Below, piece by piece: positions 48,301 through 57,363 of a DNA stretch of 64,000 nucleotides. The stretch is taken from contig CM000436.1 of NCBI GenBank assembly GCA_000165345.1, positions 288,001 through 352,000 of the forward strand, given 5' to 3'. The position numbers and the translations under genes were made by a program. Within the stretch, counting starts at the first letter, position 1. Each line of letters begins with the position of its first letter. The notes under the pieces were generated by a model. That model was given only the letters and a program-made list of their open reading frames with translations. It was not told the DNA's origin and made no database searches.

Positions 48301-50492
48301 TTCTTGGAGCTGATTGTAAGAAAAAGAATTCTGAAAAAGATGATAAGAATAAAGATGTTTTGATCTATAATCTAGGTAGTAGAAAGCATTTGAGTAATCC
48401 AAATAATAAACAAGGCTTATTGATTTCTCAGCCTTTATATAACCATTCATCATTATCCACAAGCTCAGCTTTTCTATGTTTAGAGAAAACTATCAATAGA
48501 ATGAGATCAGTAATTGAAAACCATGAAAAAGTGGAGTCTATCTTTAGAATATACAATGCTCAAAAAACTTGTGAGAATGAACAATTTGATCAAATGAATG
48601 ACAATATTCTTGGTAAAGAAGAAGAGAAAGGGGGGAGAGAAGATAGGAAAAGGAGGAGAGAAGAAGAGGAGAAAGGGGAGGAAGAGGAAGGGGAGGAAGA
48701 GGAGGGGGAGGAAGAGGAAGAAGAAGAAGAAACTTCAAGCTTACTTTTTGAGTTTATGGTAACTCTCCAGGAAAGATTCTACTCTTGGTTATCTTCTTCC
48801 AACTCTCTCTTGTATGACCCAGCTTTAATAGAGATGACAAAAGATTATGCTCATTGGTATTTTAAATCTCTTGAATCTGATATGAGAGAAATGGGAATCC
48901 AAGTAGTATATGGAAATATTAGAAAAATGATCTTAACATTTAATTTGGATGAATTGAAGAATAATAGTATTAGGAATAATAGTGATCTCCAAAATCAGTT
49001 TTCTAAACTTATGCAAATATTAAATAACAGAGAACTATATTCTGGTATTTCTTTAGATCCTACTGTAGAGTATAAGGCTATGATTCAAATTGACAGAACA
49101 AATTATATTAGAAGAACCTTGGGAGGAGGAGGATCTGGAAGTTTGGAAGATCCATATGAAATGAATCTAAGTTTATTGAACTACTTTCCAATAAATTCTA
49201 GAAAATACATTGTTGGCGAGATTTCTAACTTTTTGATGGAGCCTCTTAGAGAATTGAGAAACTACTTCAAGAAGAATTCCAATTTATCTCTTAAGGAATC
49301 TTTGCAAATATTGGGAGACATAGTTTTGGAACAATTTGGACCTTTTAGTGAGAATTTTCAAAACTTTTTGCAGGCTATTTCCAATCCAAATACATATATT
49401 GTAAGTAAATATGGAATTCAACAGTTTGATGATCCACTAAATGATATTGGATGGAATGATGATATAATAGGGGAAGGAGAGGAAGTGAAGGAAAAGAGGA
49501 AGATTATTGAAGAGGAGGAAGAGGAGGAGGAGGAAGAAGAAGAAGAAGAAGGAAAAAGAAGGAAGAAAAAGAATGCAAACTCAATATTAGAAGAAAACGA
49601 CGATACCCTATTACTAAAGAGGAATCTAGAAAATCTAGACATTAATAATAATAGAGATGATATTCCTTTTGCTATATACCCAAATTCAATAAAGAAAAAA
49701 GGAAATAGCCATTCATTAAGGATTGAAGCTTCAACAAAAAGAATGGAAGAAAAAGGAATAAGAAAAAGAAGAAATTTCAAAGACTTATTTGAATTCCCTC
49801 CATGTATTGGAAAAGCTTATAATGGAAATAAACCCTCATTAAGCTTGGAATTAATAAAATTATTTATTTATATTTGGGGATTGGATAAATCCTTTTCAAT
49901 AGATGAATCTAAACAGAAACAATATGAACAAATAATTTTTATGGTTTGCCAAGCTGTGGATATTTCAGAGTTTAATCCAATAGTTACAGAGAAATGGACT
50001 AGTCCTTTAATTCCTTATATAATCAAAGACTTTTCTTGTCCAAATTGTTTTGAAATAGAAGATTTTGACTTTACTGGGAATGCAATACAAGATGAAGATG
50101 ATCTTGGATTATCAAGTAATAATTACAATAATATAATTAGACCAAGGTTTACTTGGTATTGTAGTCATTGTAACTTTTCTATTGATAATGAAATTTTAGA
50201 AGAAAAGCTACTTCTTGAATTCTTTGAAAGATTGGAAGTTATTCAATCACAAGATATTCTCTGTTCAAGATGTAACTCCGTTCAAATAGGTTACATGCAA
50301 AAGCATTGCGATGAATGTATGGGAGAATTAACAACAAGACTTGGAAATCATAAAACTTTCCATAATTTCTTTACTCTATTCAACTCGGTTGCTCAATATT
50401 ATTCTGATCTAAATAATGAAGAAGATGAAAATCCACAATTCCAAGGCCTTATTGAATTTAAAAATATGTATGATAATATTTTATACATTTAA
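42306..50492 (+). CDS. POLE: DNA polymerase epsilon catalytic subunit A
   Basis: The 2728-aa ORF has exonuclease motifs ([19 protein letters not shown]), polymerase motif A ([18 protein letters not shown]), motif B ([24 protein letters not shown]) and the C-terminal Cys modules CPNCF...CSHCNF...CSRCN...CDEC. Low-complexity insertions are present. Confidence 0.95.
   Translation: [2728 protein letters not shown]
46197..46494 (+). repeat. about 16 tandem 18-nt repeats (caagatcagggtcaaact and variants) encoding QDQGQ[TI]
   Basis: Direct reading gives [97 protein letters not shown] inside POLE. The antisense artefact ORFs 46110-46301 and 46186-46557 are periodic. Confidence 0.9.
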
Positions 50493-50831
50493 ATTATGAA
50501 TTTCATAGATAACTAGTTAAAAAAAAAGAAATAGAACGGAATTATTTGTTATATATAACTTACTATAATCTAAATCTATCCTTAAACTACCTATTCTGAC
50601 TTTGTTTTCAATTCGAAGATAAAAACAAATATATAAAAAAACAATTTAATGCATGTGGGTTTGGCGGGCCATTGCGTGTATGAACCTGCATGTAGTGGCG
50701 GTAACATCTTTGCCTAACATTTTCTTTCTCCCATATGATAATAGTAACAATAATAATAATAATAATAATAATATTGATAATATAATTCTCTTTATCTACT
50801 TAGTGTTAGTCTTGTCTTGATTTTTGATAGC

Positions 50832-53800
50832 TTAGGAGTCAACAATTTTGCTTTGCACCAATTTGTGTACGTTGCATAAAAAGTCAACATAAGTAGTTTC
50901 AAATCCATATGCATCTTCAACCAACATAGCCTTGAACTTGGCTTCAATATTCTGAGAAACGGGAGAAACTATAACAACAGGCATATAACAATTCACAGAG
51001 AATCTATCGTTTCTAATTTGTTGTACCACATTTGAGATACGTTTAGAAATACCAATATTGGATTCCATTGTAGGTAAATAGTCCTCAGGTGGAAAAGAAA
51101 GTTTAGTAAAGTTTTCAAAATTGATGGAAGTGACTCCGAAAATTTCTGAAATAACTTTAGAATCAACTTGGGGTCCAAAATAAAGATAGATTTCTTTCCC
51201 ATTTTCTAGGACATAAATTCCATCAGAAAGTATTCTTTCTCCAGAACAAGCAATTGAATGATTGAGCCAATATCTAGATATAATAGGAGCATCAGATGAT
51301 TGGAAGGAGCTAGTATTAGAAGCATTCATTCCCATCATATTATTGGTATTATTTCCAGTATTGATAGATGAATCATTTTGAAAGGTAAGCTGGTAAGGAA
51401 GTCCAACAGATTCAAGCTTTTGCAACTCATTATTAGATTCGGATAAAATAAGAGAATGATGCAAAGGATAGAGTCTTGGGTAAAGAGTTGCTGTAGTGAA
51501 GCTTACTGAAGCATAAAGAAGCTCATATAAACCAACAAGCTGTTCTGATACAGTAAATTCCAAAACAGTATTTAGTGGCATTAACGAAGGATGCTTGAAT
51601 AATGATGAAACATAAATCAAAGTAAGTTTAAGAGAATCAGGAAGAATGAGCTGGCCAGTTGATGATGTATTTGCACAGTGTTCTCTATAAGAAAATAGCA
51701 TATCGATAATTGAATTCAGAGTTTCTTGCTTCCAAGCTGTGAGAATTGAGCTGGAGTTTTTGTTAGTAGAAAATGGAAGACCAGGAACTACTGATGTAGC
51801 TGCAGCTATAGCTCCTGTTGAACTTACAGAAGTAGATCCAGAAGAACCAGAAAAACCTCTTTGACCTTTTGAAACAATATGATGAGCAGCCATTCTAGCA
51901 TATATATTAATAATTGGTTCAATAGAAGCATATCTAAAAGCTGTGGTAATACTAGTAGTAACTGGAATAGATATGGTAAGCACTCTCAACAGTCTTTGTC
52001 GTTTATCTTTGCATGTATATAAGCAAGCAGCTTGTAGAAAGACATTTTTTCTTTGTTCCAAATTCTCCTCATGACGAAGTAGAAATGCTATTGCAGTATT
52101 ACTATCCAACTTGGGAATTTGAAAGGCTGAAAGGTCAGGAGTCGGACCACCAGCAGTCCATGGTGCATAAATCTTAGAAACTGCAATTCCTCTAGAGCAA
52201 CGCAGTTTAAATGTACAATCATAGGCCACATTTTGCACAAAGAATATACTATATAAAGTTTGATAAATATCTCTGTAAATCTTCTCAAAAGGAAATTCTG
52301 TAAATAAACGTAATTTACCACCAGTGTGTTGAGATAAATATGCAAATGTACTTGTAGGTACAGAGTTGGCGCCAAAAGCCGACCCCGCATTTGCATTTGG
52401 ACTAGTAAGACCTTGACCTTGCTCTCCTGTTGAATAATCTCCTTGAATAATTTTTGTTACAATAAATGTGTCAAGGGAGACATTGATTTCTCTGCAAGCT
52501 TGAACCATTGTATCTAGCTGTTGAATATTATGTACCAAATATCCAGAAACAAATCCTAATGATGGTTTCATTCCTTTAGAAGTTTTTCGAGGTGGGGACT
52601 TGGGAGCCACATTGGTTTCCTTTGTGTTAATGGCAGCAAATCCAATATTTGGTACTGAACTGACAAAGGAAAAGATAGAACCGGTCGAATTTCTTGCTTT
52701 AAAAATTTGAGTAGCAAGAGAAACTGCTGAAAAGTATGCATTATGTGGAGTTGAGTGAGGGGCTATGAGAGATGGAATACGATCAATGAGTTCATGGAGA
52801 AATTCCAATCCTTGTGCAACTGGGACACAAAGCTCAGATAAAGGACAAGGTAGGAATGGCTCCATTATGTCTGATACTACGCACATTTTGATTGGAGGTT
52901 TAGAGTTTTCATTCAAATTCTGATATGGGAATAAAAGGATTTCTCTTGAATAAAGTATAAGAGTAACATTAGATTCTGGTGAACTTTGGGCCAGTTGAGT
53001 AAAAATATGTTTAAGACAATAAAGGATAAGATTTGTAACATTTCCTTGTAATGCCATAGAAGAAGCTTCAATTACAAAGCAGTAGCAGGGTAGTTCTGGG
53101 GTAGTTGTAACACCAAGACTAGCTGGGGCAAAGTAGTCTACAACTCCATGATATATTTCAGGATAGTTATTTTGATCATCATTTGGAGATTGATAGCTTT
53201 GTGTCTTGATTTGTGATTGTAGTAATCTTAAGTAGTCCATGGGAATATCAAATGTATGCCCACAAAAGTTACAAAGACACTGACTACCATTTTGAGAAAC
53301 GCATGTAAATGGATTTGCATATGCTCTACATCTAAGACACCTGATTGGCTCTATAGTAGAGGAGGAGTTTACAATAGGTACCGGATTTTCAAAATCATTC
53401 AATAGAGGGAAAGGTTGAATAATTGCTGCACATGGAAGTTTCATAGATTGCAAAATTGAGTGTTGACTTGGAATTTGGTTTAAAGTTAACTTATAAAACT
53501 TTCCTGTTGCATTACCTCTATCTATCAACATCGAATGAGGTTCGGCCAAGGAATTTGGCGGAAGTAAATACTTGTCACTCTCATAGATACAACAATCCTT
53601 ATCAATTATGTTTCCAAACACTGGCCTTGGTATCTGGGATGGATCCACTCTAGATTGTACTGGTTTAGTTAAAGATGTTACAAGATTTGTTGAATTTTCG
53701 GCCAAATGTTGTTGTTGTTGTTGTTGTTGTTGATATTGCTGTTGTTGAGTCTGCAAATTTGTCTGATACTGACCCTGATGGAACTGTGTGGAAGAACCAG

Positions 53801-54284
53801 GATGTGGTGCCGCTATTGTACTTGTTTGCATGGGCGGGTTATTCATTTTTGCCTCATGTTTGGGCGGGAACTGGCTCCCATAGGCCGTATTGTATGAGGA
53901 GCCAGTAGTAGGAATGCTTGAATTGTTGTTAGGAGGGGGGTATGTAGTTTGTTGAACAGGTTGTGGTTGTGAATTTGTGGGATTGTTATATGTATTGTAG
54001 TTATAGCTCTGGTTTATATTTGATGTGAAATTAGTGTTACTTTGAATCTGGTGGTTATTGTTTAGTTGTTGGTTATTAGCATTTTGTAGGTAATTATTCG
54101 TCTGACCATTATTATACTTATTATTAATTACGGAGTAATTTTGGACATACTGAGGTATGTTTGGTTGTTGAGTTGCACTTTGAATTGAAGATGAATTATT
54201 TGTTTGATTAGGAATGTCGTTTACTGGTAAGCTATTTCCATTTTGTGAGTAATTTGATGTACTAAAATTTGGATAAACTCTCAT
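50832..54284 (-). CDS. SEC24: COPII coat protein Sec24 (Sec23/24 family with a Q/N/P-rich N-terminal extension)
   Basis: The Sec23/24 zinc-finger is CLRCRAYANPFTCVSQNGSQCLCNFCGHTFDIP, followed by trunk, beta-barrel and helical regions and a C-terminal gelsolin-like region. The long unstructured N-terminus, rich in N/Q/P/Y (QQQQYQQQQQQQQH), is typical of Sec24 rather than Sec23. Confidence 0.8.
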   Translation of the reverse strand: MRVYPNFSTSNYSQNGNSLPVNDIPNQTNNSSSIQSATQQPNIPQYVQNYSVINNKYNNGQTNNYLQNANNQQLNNNHQIQSNTNFTSNINQSYNYNTYNNPTNSQPQPVQQTTYPPPNNNSSIPTTGSSYNTAYGSQFPPKHEAKMNNPPMQTSTIAAPHPGSSTQFHQGQYQTNLQTQQQQYQQQQQQQQHLAENSTNLVTSLTKPVQSRVDPSQIPRPVFGNIIDKDCCIYESDKYLLPPNSLAEPHSMLIDRGNATGKFYKLTLNQIPSQHSILQSMKLPCAAIIQPFPLLNDFENPVPIVNSSSTIEPIRCLRCRAYANPFTCVSQNGSQCLCNFCGHTFDIPMDYLRLLQSQIKTQSYQSPNDDQNNYPEIYHGVVDYFAPASLGVTTTPELPCYCFVIEASSMALQGNVTNLILYCLKHIFTQLAQSSPESNVTLILYSREILLFPYQNLNENSKPPIKMCVVSDIMEPFLPCPLSELCVPVAQGLEFLHELIDRIPSLIAPHSTPHNAYFSAVSLATQIFKARNSTGSIFSFVSSVPNIGFAAINTKETNVAPKSPPRKTSKGMKPSLGFVSGYLVHNIQQLDTMVQACREINVSLDTFIVTKIIQGDYSTGEQGQGLTSPNANAGSAFGANSVPTSTFAYLSQHTGGKLRLFTEFPFEKIYRDIYQTLYSIFFVQNVAYDCTFKLRCSRGIAVSKIYAPWTAGGPTPDLSAFQIPKLDSNTAIAFLLRHEENLEQRKNVFLQAACLYTCKDKRQRLLRVLTISIPVTTSITTAFRYASIEPIINIYARMAAHHIVSKGQRGFSGSSGSTSVSSTGAIAAATSVVPGLPFSTNKNSSSILTAWKQETLNSIIDMLFSYREHCANTSSTGQLILPDSLKLTLIYVSSLFKHPSLMPLNTVLEFTVSEQLVGLYELLYASVSFTTATLYPRLYPLHHSLILSESNNELQKLESVGLPYQLTFQNDSSINTGNNTNNMMGMNASNTSSFQSSDAPIISRYWLNHSIACSGERILSDGIYVLENGKEIYLYFGPQVDSKVISEIFGVTSINFENFTKLSFPPEDYLPTMESNIGISKRISNVVQQIRNDRFSVNCYMPVVIVSPVSQNIEAKFKAMLVEDAYGFETTYVDFLCNVHKLVQSKIVDS

Positions 54285-54592
54285 TATTTATTTAACTTTC
54301 TGGGTATTAAGTGTTAATAACCCATACAGTAGAGGATTATCTTTGCTCCTAATAGTATTTAATTATTCTCCCCAAATAAAATAAAGAAAGAAATGTAGAG
54401 AAAATATTCTCCTTAATTAATTTAACCATACAGTTTATTAACTAGGTTGTTGCTATTATTGTTAAATTTTTTTTATTAATTAATTTTAATATTCTTTTTT
54501 GATTAATTTTCTATTTTCCCCTCTTTCTAATATGCATTTACTATTATTTCAATTATTATTATTCCCACATTAAAGTAATAAATAAATTGCCC

Positions 54593-54606
54593 AATAGGCG
54601 GGAATT
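54593..54606. promoter_or_regulatory. AATAGGCGGGAATT E2F-like site in the Sec24 / 55210-gene divergent promoter
   Basis: Further motifs in the same spacer are ATACCGGTG at 55008-55016 and TTTTTTTTCAATGTGGAAGG at 55040-55059. Confidence 0.45.
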
Positions 54607-55209
54607 CTTATTTAAATTATTTAGTGGGGAAAATTAATTTAAAAAAAAATGAAAAAAATGCTTTCGTTTATTCATTCTTAAATATTAAAAAAAAAATTAT
54701 AATATATATAAGTTTCTATAATGAAATTGATGGATAATTGTTCTTTGATTTTGTGATTAATAAAATCTGATAATAAATAGAAAGTATTATTGAACTTAAA
54801 TATTAAAATTTTATATTATTTTCTTTCAATGTTTTGCTGTTATAAATAGATTTGTTTCTAGTAAAATATATTTATATAAAGGAAAATTATTTACTATTAA
54901 AGAAAGATCTACCTGAATTTTTAAAATAATTTCTAATTAAAAAAAAAAATTTTTATTCACAATATTTATTGGTAGCAAATATGTGGGGAAATGTTTCTAG
55001 TGTCCTATACCGGTGTTTGTTGGCATTGCATACGTGTATTTTTTTTTTCAATGTGGAAGGGGAACTTAGGTGTAAAGGCAATGCAAAAAAAAAATAAAAA
55101 TAATATTATAGAGTAAGCAGAGAATAGTTATAAATTTTAAGTATTTTTTTTTTTTCTAATAAATAATTAATAAGGTAATTAACAAAATAAAATTAGTAAT
55201 TAGATTAAA

Positions 55210-57363
55210 ATGCTAGATGGGAAAATCAAGAAGCCTGCTCATCAAAAATTACATGAAACAGTTGGAAAACATAACAGTTACATGAAAAATGTTGTATATG
55301 GTGACGAAAATATAACTGAATTAAATAAAATGGAATATCCAAGAAACACACTTTTGAGAAATAATGGATTACCAGAAAAACTTGAAAAGCATTTAAACAA
55401 TGAAAAAGAAAGAGAATTAGAATCATTATATGAAGAAAATCGACAATTATTAATGGAAATTTCAAAACTACGTAAAACAAATCAATTGTTAGTCAAAGAT
55501 GTAAATAAGAAAAATGAAATTATTGATAGTCTTGATTCAAGTCTTGTTGAAGTTGAAGAAAAACTGGAAAATGCAAAAAAGAAGAATTGGAATATGTATA
55601 ATGAAATTTTGAATAGAGAAAGAAAGAATCAACAACAAAATAATACCAGAGAACATAATACAGATTCAAATAATTCTGATGATGAAACTTATGAGCTTAA
55701 GGCCTCTAAAATTGGAACTTTTAATACAGTAAATATAATAAAATCTAATAATAAAAAAGATTTAACTAGCAATAGACCAAAGTCTACAAGTATCTCTACT
55801 TCAACAGAAAATACCAAATGGCTACAAGACATGATTTTAGAATCTTTAAGTGAAAAACATGTGGAAAAGAAAGCATATGATAATTTAAAATATGAAGTTG
55901 AGAAGCTTCAGAAAGAAATTTATTCAATGCAAACTGACTTATTGAAAAGTAATATACATGATGAAGTCATTCAAGAACCAATTGTTGATCATTCTAATGG
56001 AAAGTTATCAGTCTTCCATTCCACTAGCTCTTCAACCAATAATTCTTCAAGCATTATTGGAACATCTGTCAGCGGCTTTAATACCATCAATAATACTTTC
56101 CAATCTACTTCTCTCGCTCAAGAACTAAAGGAGGTCAACAATACTACAACTAATAGCTCCTTTGACTCTTCACAGAAATCTGAAGAAATTCAACAAGAAT
56201 CTGAAAAGGAAAATGAACAAGAAAATGTTGAATCTATTCCTCCAAGAAGTGTTCACATATTAATGGGTAAGACTTTCTCTAGAGACAATAACATTGACAA
56301 AAAAATCAACAAATACAAAAATGGTCCTAGATATAATATTCAGAAATCTGATAATGACAATTTTATTCATCCAACTTCTAATTATTACAGATCTGATATT
56401 CAAACATTCCAAACTCAAATTAATCAACAACCAAGTATAGCTACTAACGGAAATAACTATTATTACTACTCATACTCTAATTTGAATAATAAACATCAAA
56501 ATTACAACAACCTTGATCTAAAGAACTATTCTCATATCTATAATACTAATTACACTAATCCGTTTTTAAGTGTATCTACGAATGATAATTATAATAATAT
56601 GAATAGGCCTTTACAAGCATTCCAAAACAATAACTATTCTATTTATAACTCAATTAGAAGACCCATAAACCTTGCTGAATATAGAGCTAATTATAAAAAC
56701 CAACCGCATATGGACAACTTAGTAAATCACCATCCCCTAATGACTAACTCCATGTTAGATTCAGGCTTAAACCCTCAAAACTTAAAACAAGGATTTATAC
56801 AACATCAATACTCTAAAATTAATTTTCCAGAATCAAATTTAAACTCAATTCCAAGTTTAAATCCATTCTATACACAAACTATTAACTTAAATAATTATTC
56901 AAATTTACCATTTCCACCATTTCAAGTCAAAATTACACAAATATTCAGGAGAAATAGAAACAATTCTGTTCCTCCTCCAAGACCTAAAAATGAATTAAAT
57001 TCTGAAAAAGTTGTTAATGAAGAAAATCATCCAGTATCTAACAAAATTGATCTACCCGATTCTAATAATGATTCAGATAAAGATCTCCCACAGGGATATA
57101 TTCGTTTCAAAACTTCTATTTCTTCTCCATTGAGCCAGGATGATTTCTTTTCCCCAATCTCAGGAAATGTTAATAATATCTGTCCTTGCGATAAAGCCAT
57201 TGATTCATGCGCAGCCATATCAAAAAAGCTAATTCAAAATAACTATGAGAAGAAAAACAAGATGAGATCATCGTCAACATCTCTTCCACTCCCGATTCCT
57301 TTAATCGCAAAAAATAACCAATTTCAGGGAACATCTGGTCTACTCAAGTTTAGTAAATACTAG
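55210..57363 (+). CDS. hypothetical protein: N-terminal coiled coil, long Asn/Ser/Tyr-rich low-complexity remainder
   Basis: A 717-codon ATG ORF. Heptad-like segments are present (EKLEKHLNNEKERELESLYEENRQLLMEISKLRKTNQLLVKD, KKAYDNLKYEVEKLQKEIYSMQTDLLK). I recognise no catalytic motif. Confidence 0.5.
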   Translation: MLDGKIKKPAHQKLHETVGKHNSYMKNVVYGDENITELNKMEYPRNTLLRNNGLPEKLEKHLNNEKERELESLYEENRQLLMEISKLRKTNQLLVKDVNKKNEIIDSLDSSLVEVEEKLENAKKKNWNMYNEILNRERKNQQQNNTREHNTDSNNSDDETYELKASKIGTFNTVNIIKSNNKKDLTSNRPKSTSISTSTENTKWLQDMILESLSEKHVEKKAYDNLKYEVEKLQKEIYSMQTDLLKSNIHDEVIQEPIVDHSNGKLSVFHSTSSSTNNSSSIIGTSVSGFNTINNTFQSTSLAQELKEVNNTTTNSSFDSSQKSEEIQQESEKENEQENVESIPPRSVHILMGKTFSRDNNIDKKINKYKNGPRYNIQKSDNDNFIHPTSNYYRSDIQTFQTQINQQPSIATNGNNYYYYSYSNLNNKHQNYNNLDLKNYSHIYNTNYTNPFLSVSTNDNYNNMNRPLQAFQNNNYSIYNSIRRPINLAEYRANYKNQPHMDNLVNHHPLMTNSMLDSGLNPQNLKQGFIQHQYSKINFPESNLNSIPSLNPFYTQTINLNNYSNLPFPPFQVKITQIFRRNRNNSVPPPRPKNELNSEKVVNEENHPVSNKIDLPDSNNDSDKDLPQGYIRFKTSISSPLSQDDFFSPISGNVNNICPCDKAIDSCAAISKKLIQNNYEKKNKMRSSSTSLPLPIPLIAKNNQFQGTSGLLKFSKY

